Below are positions 1 to 11,711 of a stretch of DNA of 20,809 bases, in pieces. Numbering within the stretch: the stretch's first letter is position 1; the number at the start of each line of letters is the position of its first letter. A program made the position numbers and the translations under genes. Where the stretch lies: assembly GCA_013239625.1 (NCBI GenBank), contig MU053934.1, positions 1,581,285 through 1,602,093 of the forward strand, in the 5' to 3' direction. The notes under the pieces were generated by a model. It made no database searches. It was not told where the DNA came from and was given only the letters and a program-made list of their open reading frames with translations. The DNA is from Lama guanicoe. Lineage: Eukaryota.

Positions 1-107
1 CCAACCTCTCCAGCCCCTCGGCCGAAGGTCCCCCGGGCCCTCCTCCTGGCACCGCCCCTCGAAAGAAGACCCAGGAGAAAGACGACGACATGCTGTTTGC
101 CTTATGA
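1..107 (+). CDS. TOM1: TOM1 (target of Myb1 membrane trafficking protein), 3' end of last coding exon, partial
   Basis: Frame from base 3 reads [34 protein letters not shown] (TGA 105-107), matching the recalled mammalian TOM1 C-terminus (...[35 protein letters not shown]). Not in the ORF track because it starts before the window. Confidence 0.93.
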   Translation, partial: NLSSPSAEGPPGPPPGTAPRKKTQEKDDDMLFAL

Positions 108-885
108 GCGTGGGGCCTGGCGCCCTGCTGCCCAAGCCCCTGCTGCCCCACACCTCACCTGTGGTGGGGCCTCTCCCTCCCTCGGTGTTCAGGCTGCTTT
201 GGGGATGGCTTGTATGCTCTGCTCTCCCCCTTGAGGTTGGGCCATACCTGGGGATGTGGAGGCAACTGGCTGAATGGGGGGCGGGGGAAGGCAGGGCAAT
301 TCTGTGTTGGGATCCTGGATGCTCCTGCCTCCCTCCCTCACCCCCAGCCGAGCACTACGACTTTGCTGAGAACCAGGAGGCCCCGGCACAGACAGGCTGG
401 CTGTTTAGTTGCCCCAGCGTGACTCCCCTTGTCCTGGGTGATCCTCTCCCTGGACCTACCCCCAGAGGAGCCCTCTTGAGAGCCCACACTGCCAGTCGAG
501 GCCTGGCTGGAGGCTGGAGACAGCAGAAGCTTCCGTCCCAGCCTCGGGTCCGTTCCCTGGCCCCTGGCTTGGAGCCCAAAGGCTTTGGCCAGCTGTTGAG
601 GGAAGAGTATGTGGTCCTCTGCTGAGCGCACACTGTCCAGGTATGAAGCTGCACATGGTGAGGGGAGACCTCACCATCCCAGGCCGCAAGAGGAGGCTTC
701 TGGGGATGCCTGGAGCACCTGTGGCCCCCACGACCTCCTCCACTGCCTTTCCCTCCGTCCGTCCTCTGTTCCACCCCGGTGGCTCCACCGGGCATGGGGC
801 CTACCTACCTGTTGGTTGATCCTCTTGTACTGGGAGAGGTGCCTTTTGTATCCCCAATTAAAGGTAGAGAACCACCCTGCTAGCG
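108..885 (+). other. TOM1: TOM1 3' UTR (3' end approximate)
   Basis: Lies between the TOM1 stop and the first credible poly(A) signal (ATTAAA 857-862). Confidence 0.75.
826..862 (+). terminator. Poly(A) signal ATTAAA (857-862) with upstream TGTA (CFIm-type) elements
   Basis: TGTA at 826-829 and 847-850, ATTAAA at 857-862, short GT-containing stretch (gcggtgtcattc) about 20 nt downstream. Confidence 0.75.
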
Positions 886-1399
886 GTGTCATTCAGTCCC
901 CAGGTGGAAGTGACTTCTTGGCCTCACCACAGGCAGGGACTACTTTGGGCTGGGCTGGGGGCCGTCCACGAGACAGGCATCTGCAGACGGTGCAGGTGCA
1001 GCCCAGCCACACTTCACACCAGCTGCAGGCAGGTGCGGCCCCCTCACCCCACAACACAGGAGTTGCCTGCCAAGAGGCCCTATGGCTCTCCATGACTGAT
1101 GTGTCTGCATCCTCAGGGCACCTCACTGCTGTCCCCACTCAGGCCAGCTCCTGCCTGGCAACAGTAGCACACGATCACGAGGGAGGGAGGGCATGTGCAC
1201 AGGGTTGGCGTGGTGGGGCAGGGAGCCTGCAGAGAGGATGCCGGCCATCCTGTCTAAGGCCCAGGGGCCAGGCACCATACCAGGCTCTACATGGGCTCGT
1301 GGAGTCATCACAGCCCTGGGCAAAGCAAAGTTGCTTCTTGTTTTACAGAGGCCGACTCTGTGACTCAGTGGGTCATGTGAGCCGTGCCAGGTGCAGCTG

Positions 1400-1530
1400 T
1401 TTATCACGTGCTGGACACTTCCTCACACATCCGTGCATTGTCCCCATTTTCCTGATGACAACACAGAGGCTTAGCTGGATGACTGGGCACACAGCTCAAG
1501 GAGCTGGGTCACAGGTCAGGCACAGGTGTC
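1400..1530 (-). mobile_element. Degenerate MIR SINE fragment
   Basis: gtccccattttcctgatgacaacacagaggcttag...cacacagct resembles the reverse MIR core (ccccattttacagatgaggaaactgaggctcag...cacacagct). Confidence 0.5.
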
Positions 1531-1812
1531 AGTTCTTGTCTCCATGGCAGCTCAGGAGCCCCAGGCCTTGGCATACCCTCCCTTTCCCGGTCTGGACTCC
1601 ACACCAGGCTCCCGAAGGACCACTCCTTGAGGCATGTTGGAGCCTCTGGGCCCAGCATGCGGTGAAAGAAGGGAAGGGGGCTGGTATGGGGCTGGAGCGG
1701 TTGACCTGCCTGAAAGGTTGGCCTGTGGAGGAGAGCGGAAGTCGAAATGCCTGGGTCCAGGGACCCTGGGTGGCCGGAGTGGGGCTCCGTCTGCTCTGAG
1801 CCGCCACCAGCT

Positions 1813-1832
1813 CCCGCCAGCAGGGGGCGGGC
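1813..1832 (+). promoter_or_regulatory. Candidate CTCF site
   Basis: CCCGCCAGCAGGGGGCGGGC; the core CCAGCAGGGGGCG (1817-1829) fits the CTCF consensus CCASYAGRKGGCR. Confidence 0.55.
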
Positions 1833-3079
1833 TGCACCTGTGTTCTGAGGCGCGGCGTGGAGCGGGGCACACGGGAGACCAGGGCCAGCCAGCCCTCCAG
1901 GTGAAGCTGGGGCAAGGAAAGCAGCCTGGGGGCAGCTACAGTGGGACCGGGGGCTTGTCCGTCCTCTAGGCAGGGAGGAGGGGGCTCGCTGTCTAGGCAT
2001 GCAGAGGAACCAGGCCTGAACCTCACAGCTGACTCATTTCCCCAACCTACCACCTTCTCTCCTTTTTCCCCCCTGTGGGGGCAGCTATATTGCTCACCTC
2101 TGGGCAGCCAGCCATCAGCCTGGTCTGACAGCTCCTTAGGAGATGGAGGTGCCCTGGGTCCTCACACCAAGCTATGCTGGTCCAAACTCAAGGTTACCGC
2201 CTACGTCCTGCACAAATTAGCTGTGTGTTCGCCCAGGTAATGGGAAGGCTCTGCTTTTAACAAGGTATTAAGCGTCTCCTGGATGTGGTCCAGCCTTGCC
2301 TGGTTACTCAGCAGTGACCCCCGTGCCGAGGTGGTGGAGCCGTGCCAGCCCTGCCCGAGGCCACCCTTACTCAGAGCTGGGAATAAGCCAGAGTTCACGT
2401 GTCATGCTGTCACGCGGCCACTTCTGCTCCCTGCCTCCACTCAGGTGCCAGTGCTTCCTCCAGATTCTCCTGCTTTAGGCCACGCAGAGGTGGTCGCGTG
2501 CTGGGGACTTGGGCCCAACTCTCCAGGCTGTTTTATCTTGTTGGCCTGGCCACCTCCTCCTGACAGCACTCAGGACAGCAGATCTCTTCCAGAGGCCCCT
2601 TCCTTGGCTGCTCCTGTCCGGCCGCCAGCAACAACCTACCAGACCAGCAGCGTCTGGGGCAGCAAGCTTAATTTCGTACTCAACTCCAGATTCAAATGAA
2701 GGCCTCTAAAGCACCTAGGTTTCATGACCGTCTTTTTCATAATAGACACCTTTTCAGCTGGTGCCTGTTATGAGGTTGGCAGCATCTGGCAGCCAGATCA
2801 GAGGACTGTGGTGATAAGAGATGGGTTACGCCCCCACTCCTGGCTTGGCTGCACTACTGCTGCTCATGTGTGTGCACACGCACACACGGTGGGGTAAGCT
2901 GTCCTGGTGAACTCGGACAGGTGTCCCTCCAGGCATCTGTCCCAGGGCTGACCTGGGCCCCTGGGAGACTGGGGGCCCTCTCCCCTCCCCTGCAGCCCCC
3001 AGGCTCTCCCAGGTCCCCACCCCCACCCCCACCACACCCCACTGAGCCCTGCCATATGCCCTACTCCACGCTCACAACG

Positions 3080-3180
3080 GCCGTTGGGGTCGGCGGCTTT
3101 GACCACTGCTTGCAGGGAGGGAACTGAGGTTGGGGGAAGCCAGGACTTGAGCAGTCACAAACTAAGTAATGGAAGGGCGT
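3080..3180 (-). mobile_element. Degenerate MIR SINE fragment
   Basis: gcagggagggaactgaggttggggg...gacttgagcagtcacaaactaagtaatggaag resembles the reverse MIR core. Confidence 0.5.
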
Positions 3181-4177
3181 GACCCACTCCTCTCAACACT
3201 GTTGCCTCCCCTCTCTGCCCACCTCCCTCGTTCTCTCCGCTAGGCACTATGAAACTGGGGTTCCCTGCGGGGAGTGGTGATTTTGCAAGGATCCAAGCTC
3301 AAAAGCCCAGGGAACCTTCAGCAGGTGACTCCAGGGCCTCAAGGCCTGTTCATGGCTAAAGGTGCCAAGTTGTCTATTCTTTTCTGCACATGGGTATCCC
3401 CTAAACGCCAACTGCACGCCAGGCGTGCATCGAGGTGCTGAGAATACAGAGGTGAACATGCCAGGCCTGGTGGGTCACGTGGGTAGGAAGGGGCAGTAAA
3501 AACAAGTGTAAGTTCACCTGCTCTGACATGAAGGAAAGGGGAACTGATGCTGAGGGATGGGAGATGGGAGGTCAGGGAGGGCCTCTGATGAGGGCCCAGG
3601 GCGAGTGAGGTGCGGCGGATGCAAAGAGCCCAGCAGGAAGGGGGCCCATGAAGGTGTCTGGCTTCCCCACTGGGGGCGGCAGCACTGGGCCGCCCTACTT
3701 TAAGGGCCCCTCCTCTGGAGAGAAGGCAGCTGGGGCCCGAGTGGGTAAGGAAGTGCTGGCAGGAGCCACCAGCGCTGGCCAGTCTGGGTTTCCTGGCACC
3801 AGGCGGTGTCTGAGGCCACAGGCCCTGGGCCAATCATTCCACGGCGCCAGGAAGTTGAGCAGCCCCACATAAACGAGGACCAGCTGCAGGCAGGGGCCTT
3901 GGGCTGCAGCCTCCAATGGGATTAACAAGGCGCCAGTGCCTCCTGCCCGGCCCAGCTGCCTTGGAGATGGCGCTTTACCAGGGGTGCAGGGAGGTTGAGT
4001 GGAGCCAGGCAGGTGGGCAGGGCGGGGGCGCCTAGGAGGCAGTCCCTGGAGCCTGGAGGAAGTGCTAACCAGAGCCACCTGGAAGCCTCTTCATAGAGCC
4101 TCTACCTTCTCCACTCCTTCCTGGTTTCCTTGACCCACCAGACCCCACCCCACAATCCCAGCCTCTCCGACTCGGTG

Positions 4178-4320
4178 CTGCCCTCTGAGCTGTGTGACCT
4201 TAGGCAAATTACTTAACCTCTCTTCACCTCGATTCTCTCACCTGTAAATAAGCTAATAGCAGGCACCGCCTCATAGGGTTGTTTGGGGGTTAACTGAGAC
4301 GAGCAGGAGCACATCTGTCA
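4178..4320 (+). mobile_element. MIR SINE
   Basis: gctgtgtgaccttaggcaaattacttaacctctct...cacctgtaaa...cctcatagggttgtt...ttaactgaga is the MIR core. Confidence 0.85.
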
Positions 4321-5177
4321 AGAAAATATATAAACATGTTGTCACGGATAGTACCCCCTCCATCCAGAGCGGCCTCTGCTCCAGTCACCCAGCCAGGAGC
4401 TCTGCCCCTCTGATTCGCCGGTAATTTCAGAGGCCCCAGTTCAGCCTCCAGTACTGCCTTCCCAGCTTTTGGAGGCGCTTGCTGCCTCCAAGACAGCATC
4501 AGTTCCGCTGGCATTGCCCTTGCCCGCCTCTCTTGGGCTTGAGCTTCTGCCCCTGAGTGACTCTGGCTCAGGTCAGTGTCCCACAGTGACCACAAGATGG
4601 CAGCAGCGCTGCATGTACCAGGGCCAGTGAGATTATGCCAGCGTGGGGTCCACCGCCACCAAGTTGACACACTGCAGCGCCAGCAAACAGAGCTCTGGGT
4701 GGGCAACAGGGAGCCCTGCCCCTTGGAGCCCCCTGAAGCTGTGAGTGCCTCCTACAAAGCACAGGGTGTGCCCGTTCCCCTGGGCCTGCTCTGTGGACAC
4801 AGAGTTCAGATCCATGCGCAGGTGTGCTCCTACCTTGCTGGCGTCTCGGCATCCCTGGATGGACCACCGGAGCCTCTGCTCAGACCCCTCCTCACCCAGC
4901 GTAGGCTTCAACACCCCACTCTGGGCACAGCCCCACCGCAAGGCTGCTGCCTGCTTTGCCTGGTCCCATCTATTGGCTTTGGACCGATTTTTCAGGACAG
5001 GAGTAGAAGAAAAGAGCACTTTAAGAAGGATGGTCAGAGTAAGCCTCTGTGAAGTGATGTCTGAGTCCCGTTGTCCCTACAAACCACCCAAATGTTTATA
5101 CAAATCTGCTATATGCAACTCCAAACCACTCCAGCCTACCTCTTACAACAGAAAGCACCACAAAAATCCTTGGCCAG

Positions 5178-5533
5178 TGTATCTGAGTTCTAGGGTCATC
5201 ATGACAGGGTACCACAGACTGGGGGCTTAAATAACAAAAATGTGTTGTCTCAGTTCTGGGGCCTGGAGGCCAAGATGCCAGCAGGTTGGTGGTCCTGAGG
5301 CCTCTCTCCACGGCTGGCAGGTGCTGTCTTCTCCCTGTGTCTTCACATGGTTCTCTGTGTGTGTCTGGGTCCTAATCTTCTCTTCTTCTAAGGACACCAA
5401 CGCACCCTAATGACCTCATTTTACTTTAATAACCTCTTTAAAAACTCTATCTCCAAATACAGTCACATTCTGAGGTCTTAGAGGTTAGGACTTCAATGAT
5501 GAAGTTGAGGGAGACACAATTCAGTCCGTAATG
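5178..5533 (-). mobile_element. MaLR solo LTR, MLT1B-like
   Basis: Near full-length reverse match: taccacagactgggggcttaaataacaa, gaggcctctctcc, ccctaatgacctcattttactttaataacctcttta, ctatctccaaatacagtcacattctgagg, ttaggacttcaa, gacacaattcagtcc. Confidence 0.9.
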
Positions 5534-6354
5534 GTCAGACACGCTGATTCCCTCTGGCCCCACCACCATTCTCCCAGGGCATGTCTGCTCTGCTCTGGCC
5601 CCCGTCCCAGGACATCATCGTCCCTGACCCTCACAGCCTCCACAGAGGGGAGATCACGTGTAACACCCACCTCCACTCCCCTGGCCTTTCCCCTGGTAGG
5701 GGTATGAGGGTGGTTTGACCTGTCCTTGGACCAACCTGGCCTTGGGAGCCCAGGAAGGACCAGCCAATAGGGCCAGGAGCAGAGTAAAGCAAGAAGGAGG
5801 TGGAGAAAGGGAGACCACAGGCACCCAGACCCCAGGCTAGGGGACTTCCTGGTCCCTACTGCTCCCTAACTATGTGTTAGAGCAGATCCAAGGCAGGGAG
5901 CTGGTAGGGTTCACTTCTGCACACCCTGGGGTAGCGGGACAAGGCTGAAGGGGCAGCGGCCCCATCATCTCCCCTTGCCTCTGACTCCAGACTCCTGTGC
6001 CCTCTCCCTGCCCCGGCCCTCTGCCAGCCTCCACCCCTCTCTCTCTGACAGTTCAGGCTGGCTCCGTACTGAGGCTGCACCTCCAGTCTTGGCCGACAGA
6101 GGGAATAAACCCACACCGATGGGTCCCCAGATCCCCAGCAAGTCAGGGTCACAGCTGGCTGGGCCACCGTGGTTATCACAGACGACAGCCACCCAGGGAA
6201 GGGAGGGGGCCCTCCGCAGGTGTGCCGCCTCCTCACCTGAAGAGGGGGCCCCTAGCCCACCCCGAGAGTTCAGGGAGGCCAGTGCAGGGGCCCCATTGGT
6301 CAGGCGAGGGCTGCGGGGCGCCCAAGTACTGGCTGGGAGTCAGCAGACAAAGCC

Positions 6355-6480
6355 ACTGGCCACTGATTTATGATTGGATTTGGGGCAAGCCCTTTCCTCT
6401 CCCTGGGCCTCAGTGTCCTCGCTGTTAACCGAGGGGATTAAATTAAGTGACCCTGAGGCTTCTTACTTCTCTGCTGTTCT
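6355..6480 (+). mobile_element. MIR-family fragment (MIR3/MIRc-like tail)
   Basis: ttggggcaagccctttcctctccctgggcctcagtgtcctc...gaggggattaaattaagtgaccctgagg. Confidence 0.65.
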
Positions 6481-6929
6481 GCTGTCTCAACCCCCACGTC
6501 CCACAACCCTCCCTCTGGGAAAAAAAAAAAAGAGAGAAATATGAGGCAAGAAATCCTAACAATAGAGATGGAGACATGGGGCCCTGGGGGCATTCTCCCT
6601 CACAAAGACCCACAGGAGCAGCAAACACCTGGAGGCCAGGTCAGAGGACAGGTGAGGGGGCCGCTGAGTGACAGGGCCCTGGGCGGCCTGGGAGAGCATG
6701 CGGGCTGCCTGCTGGGGAGCTGGCGGCCTGGGGGCAGGAAGGAAGGGAAACCCAAGCTGGAAACATCCTTGCACTCACGCCCCCCTACCCAGCCCAGCCC
6801 CAGGATAGCTCCTGGGAAAAGGAGATGATGCGGGTGGTCCAGGAAGAGGGCCAGGGGCTGCCTGTGCACCTGCCCTCAGGCTGCACTGGGGGCTCGACCC
6901 AGCCCTGCTGCTCCTGAGATGGAAAGAAA

Positions 6930-7010
6930 GTTTTATGAAGGAGAGAAGTGAGGGGCTCAGAAAAGTCAGATGCTCTGTCCGAGGTCACACAGCTGGAAAG
7001 TGGACAGGCC
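6930..7010 (-). mobile_element. MIR fragment
   Basis: gtgaggggctcagaaaagtcag...gtccgaggtcacacagctggaaagtggac. Confidence 0.65.
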
Positions 7011-8409
7011 TCACTGAGTCCTCTTTTTCTAGGAAACACTGGGGGCTATGCCTAGGGCTGCTGTGGGGCTAGTATGTGTGTGCCAGGGTGGCTGGGCAGG
7101 GTCCCTTTTCCCCCCCGCCCAGAGTGGTGCAGAAACTTGGCCAAAGCCACTTAGCAAATCTGTGGCAGAACCAGGTCTCCCACGGAACCTGCCCAGCAGG
7201 AAGCGGGGAGCAGACAGCAGCTGGGAGTCCCTCCGTGGAAACACTTCCCCTGCCCTCCACGCACCAGGGGCTCCCACAAAATGTTAAACTTCAGAGACCA
7301 GCTGGTCCTCAGGTTGTAAACCATCTCTCACTAAGGACCTCCTTTATCGTGGCTTCCCCAGGACTTGGATTTGCCAGTTTTTCCGCTGGTCCGGGTTTTG
7401 TCTACAAATGCTGTGCGATGCGTTGAGGAGTTAATACTTTACCTTTTGTGCATCCTAATCAGACTGCCTCGCATACCGGGGCCGCTTCTCATTCCAGCCA
7501 GAAGTGCCCTAGCCACTTGTCCTCGGGAACCAGCCACACAGCCTGTTTGTCCAGCCCTGCTGGGTCCACCCACTGTTTGGAGTAGCCCGCCTCCCCCACA
7601 GCCCGCACCAAGGGGGCAGGAGCTGAGGACAGCTGTGCACACCACCACACAGCCTGTTTTCCTTAATAATTAAAGCAGATATACAGTGTATGTTTAATAG
7701 GCCACGAACAGGCTGTTTTAGTTAGCATGAAATTCAAGTTAACTCCTAGATAAGCCAGAATGACTTCCCCAGACCTCAATATGTGAACATTTCTTTTATC
7801 AAAAGTAAAAGGAAGTTAGCCAAACTGTCAGAGGTGTCACAAAGGCCTCAAGTGAGAGGCCGGGTCCCATCAAAGGCAGTGGTCAGAGAAAATGAACCGA
7901 TGTCACAGTGAGGTTTGTGACACGTGACTCGGGGTCTGCAAGCTTGGAGGGGAGCTGGGAGAGCGGAATTGCAGAGGGAACCGAATCCTACAGTTCTAAT
8001 GCCCCCGGAGGTGGGAGGGGATCCCAGAGACAAGGGAAGGAGAGGAGAAGAACGAAGGGGTGACCAGGGGAAGGGTTGGGGGCAGATCCAGAGAGGAGCT
8101 GTTGGGCTGGGGGAGGCGAGAGAGCAGTGCATCCCCCGAAGTTCTGGAAGGACAGACCCAAGATGCCATGCCCCCGAGGTCCTTCTGTTCTGCTCACAAG
8201 TATTTGTCAAGAGGAGGGTTTTGTGGAAATGGAGAAGGGGTGTGGTTTCACATCTGAGTCAGCACAGTGCCCAGCAGAAACCACTCAGGAAGAAGCCAGA
8301 GCAGCAGGGGAAGTGGTGAGAGCATCAGTGTGCAGGGATCCCTGAAACTCTGGAGGACTTTGGACTTTTACTGGACGTGAAGTTAGGGGATTAAAGAGGC
8401 AACTCTGCC

Positions 8410-8790
8410 TTCCTCCCAATGTCGTCCTCACACGCAGCTAGAATACATTTCAAGAGGCGAATCTGACTATGTTTTACAACACTTGCACCCCAAACCCCAG
8501 AACACACACCAAAAACCCTTTGCTTGCTCTGAAAGGCCCACTTCCTAGCCTGGCCTCCAAGGCCCCTGGGGTCCCCATCCTGCCACGCTCTTTAGATTCT
8601 CTGCACTCTAGACATGCAGGCTGGCTTTCTCACCTTGGAAGTTTCCCACCCTGACCACAGGGCCTTTGTACATGCCGTTCCCTCTAGAACTGCCCTAACC
8701 CTCATTTAACTCACTCACCTATCAGGGCCCGGCTCAGATGAGCCACTCCTGAATTTCTGACCAAGTCATCTATCCATCTTGGAATTTACC
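8410..8790 (+). mobile_element. LINE-2 3' region fragment
   Basis: gcagctagaatacatttc...aatctgactatg, cctagcctggcctccaaggccc and cacagggcctttgtacatgccgttccctct are typical L2 3' motifs. Confidence 0.7.
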
Positions 8791-9449
8791 TCCGTGATGA
8801 CACTTGTAAAGAGAAATGGGATTACCACAAGACAGCTCAGGGACCACGCCTTAGAGCAATCATGACTCATGGGCACATCTTCCCTGAGTATGCTTCCGTT
8901 TGAATCCAGAACAAACTGGAGGAGGGGGGTCTGTTTCTAAGGGGGAGGTGGGGATGGCTGTTGAGTAAACAACCAACCACATCCACCGTCTTACCGTACG
9001 CTGCACCCTCTTGCAGGGGTGGGGGGACTGTCACATATTCCGGAAGGTGAGGGCACGGGCAGCACCATGAGTGAACTGGCCACGTCTGTGGGCTGGACCC
9101 AGACTGGCCTGAAGAGATCGTGGCCTGTGTGACATATGAAGGAGCCTTGTTATTGGACAGCTTGTTTTTAATACAGGTAAACTGCGGTTCCAATCATGTC
9201 CCCTGGGACACACAAAAAAACCCACACAGCAAAATCTCCCACTTCAGTTAGCAACAGGTCAAGCCTTTTGTCTCATCCTCCAGCAGAAACCTGGGAAATA
9301 CCAGCACAGGGTCACAGTCCAGTTGTGCCATCTGCTAATCCCTGTACCTCACACCAGTCTTTGCTTGCTCACCTCCAGTGACAGGACACTTACCACCTCC
9401 CAGAGAAGCCCCCCGAAACTGAACCATCCGTTAAGCCACAAAATCTAAC

Positions 9450-9626
9450 AGGGATATTGTTCAACGGGGACAGAGTTTCAGTTTGGGATGATGAAAAAGT
9501 TCTGGAGATGGATGGTGGTGACCATCAACAATGTGAAAGTACTTAATGCCACTAAAAGGCACACTTAAAAATGGTTAAAATGGTAAATTTTATGTCACGT
9601 ATGTTTTATCACGATAAAAAAAAAAC
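9450..9626 (+). mobile_element. L1MB-type LINE-1 3' end with A tail
   Basis: acagagtttcagtttgggatgatgaaaaagttctggagatggatggtggtga...gtacttaatgccact...cacttaaaaatggttaaaatggtaaattttatgt followed by poly(A). Confidence 0.9.
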
Positions 9627-9669
9627 AGTGCATTGCCTCTGGGCTTCACAACTTTTTTATGCAAATAAG

Positions 9670-9849
9670 CTTTATTTTTAAAATTTACAATGCTGTATTT
9701 GTTTCTGGTGTACAGCATAGTAATTCAGTCATACATATATATATTCTTTTTCATATTCTTTTTCATGATAGGTTATTACAGGCTATTGGCTATAGTTCCC
9801 TGTGCTGTACAGTAGGACTTTGTTGTTTATTCTGTACATAGTAGTTTGT
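9670..9849 (-). mobile_element. Short cetartiodactyl L1 3' end (L1-2_BT/L1_Art-like)
   Basis: tttacaatgctgtatttgtttctggtgtacagcatagtaattcagt...tatagttccctgtgctgtacagtaggactttgttgtttat. Confidence 0.85.
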
Positions 9850-9904
9850 GGCATGAACTTCACAATTTATAAGCTGTGTAGCTTTGAGTCCTTTTTCTTT
9901 TTCT

Positions 9905-11318
9905 TTTTTTTTTTAACATTTTTTATTGACTTATAATCATTTTACAATGTTGTGTCAAATTCCAGTGTAGAGCACAATTTTTCAGTTATACATGAACACA
10001 CATACATTCATTGTCACATTCTCTTTCGCTGTGAGCCACCACAAGATCCTGTATGTATTTCCCTGTGCTACACAGGACAATCTTGTTTATCTAGTCTACA
10101 TTTTGAAATCCCAGTCCCTTTCCACTCTTTGTCCCCCTGGCAACCACAAGTTTGTATTCTATGTCTATGAGTCTATTTCTGTTTCATATTTATGCTTTGT
10201 TTTTTTGTTTTTTTTTTGTTTTTAGAATCCACATATGAGTGATCTCATATGGTATTTTTCTTTCTCTTTCTGGCTTACTTCACTTAGAATGACATTCTCC
10301 AGGAGCATCCATGTTGCTGCAAATGGCATTGTTGTCAGTTTTTATGGCTAAATAGTATTCCATTGTATAAATATACCACTACTTCTTTATCCAGTCATCT
10401 GTTGATGGACATTTAGGTTGTTTCCATGTCTTGGCTATTGTAAATAGTGCTGCTATGAACATTGGGGTGCAGGTGTCATCCTGAAATAGGGTTCCTTCTG
10501 GATATAAGCCCAGGAGTGGAATTTCTGGGTCATATGGGAAGTCTGTTCCTAGTCTTTTGAGGAACCTCCATACAGTTTTCCATAGTGGCTGCACCAAACT
10601 GCATTCCCACCAGCAGTGAAGGAGGGTTCCCCTTTCCCCACATTCTCTCCAGCATTTGTCATTTGTGGATTTTTGAATGATGGCCATTCTGACTGGTGTG
10701 AGGTGATACCTCATGGTAGTTTTGATTTGCATTTCTCTGGTAATTAGTGATATTGAGCATTTTTTCATGTGCCTATTGATCATTTGTACAACGTCTTCCT
10801 AATTGCTTGTTTATGTCTTCTGCCCATTTTTGGATTGGGTTGTTTGGTTGTTTCTTATTGAGTCGTATGAGCTGCTTATATATTCTGGAAATCAAGCCTT
10901 TGTCGGTTTCATTTGCAAAGATTTTCTCCCATTCTGTAGGCTGTCGTTTTGTTTTACTTCTGGTTTCCTTTGCCGTGCAGAAGCTTGTAAGTTTAATTAG
11001 GTCCCATTTGTTTATTCTTGCTTTTATTTCTATTGCTTGGGTAGACTGCCCTAGGAGAACATTTTTGAGATGTATGTCAGATAATGTTTTGCCTACATTT
11101 TCCTCTAGGAGGTTTATTGTATCTTGTCTTATGTTTAAGTCTTTGATCCATTTTGAGTTTATTTTTTGTGTATGGTGTAAGGGAGTGTTCTAGATTCATT
11201 ATTTTACATGCTGCTGTCCAGTTTTCCCAACACCACTTGCTGAAGAGACTGTCTTTATTCCATTGTATATTCTTGCCTCCATTGTCGAAGATTAGTTGAC
11301 CAAAAGTTTGTGGGTTCA
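9905..11318 (-). mobile_element. Relatively young 5'-truncated LINE-1 (~1.4 kb): disrupted ORF2 C-terminus, 3' UTR and poly(A)
   Basis: ORF2 peptides [33 protein letters not shown] and [21 protein letters not shown]...[18 protein letters not shown] (CCHC domain). In-frame TAG at 10379-10381 plus frameshifts; ORF2 stop at 10222-10224. 16-bp TSD TCCTTTTTCTTTTTCT at 9889-9904 and 11319-11334. Confidence 0.96.
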
Positions 11319-11334
11319 TCCTTTTTCTTTTTCT

Positions 11335-11503
11335 AATTCAAGTATAGTCAGTTTACAATGTTGTGTCAATTTCCGGTGTACAGCACAATGCTTCAGTCAT
11401 ATAGGAACATACATATATTCGTTTTAATATTATTTTTCACCATAAGTTACCACAAAATATTGAATATAGTTCCCTGTGCTGTACAGTATGAACTTGTTGT
11501 TTA
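11335..11503 (-). mobile_element. Short L1 3' end (host element of the nested L1)
   Basis: aattcaagtatagtcagtttacaatgttgtgtcaatttccggtgtacagcacaatg...gaatatagttccctgtgctgtacagta. Outer TSD AGCTTTGAGT(C/A)CTTTTT at 9880-9896 and 11504-11520. Confidence 0.88.
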
Positions 11504-11711
11504 AGCTTTGAGTACTTTTTAAGTAATCTTTTTTAAGGTTACTTGAAAAAAAAACAATCTCATTGATAGTTAAGGCAAACTCTTAGGCCCACCCCACCCT
11601 CTTTAATCCTGGTTTGTTTCCTTTCAGTCTTGTCCCCCAAGCTCAGTCCCCTTCCAGCTTCAAGTCCTGCCTCTGCCCCTGCAAGGGCTAGAGTCACTGT
11701 GACCCTCCCCT

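Noticed and set aside
609..1799. 396-aa ORF and the many other ORFs in 100-9400
   Set aside because: It crosses the TOM1 poly(A) site and a MIR, has low-complexity G/P/A/R/S composition and no recognisable domain. Long spurious ORFs are expected in GC-rich DNA.
3015..3040. Minus-strand G-quadruplex (CCCCA repeats)
   Set aside because: The motif is present but common in GC-rich mammalian DNA, with no context suggesting function.
9062..9183. CACCATG with short ORF and CAG/GTAAAC donor-like site as a cryptic exon
   Set aside because: The ORF is only about 21 codons with no recognisable homology, and there is no supporting promoter or acceptor.
10807..11193. Plus-strand hydrophobic ORFs
   Set aside because: They are the antisense reading of L1 ORF2.
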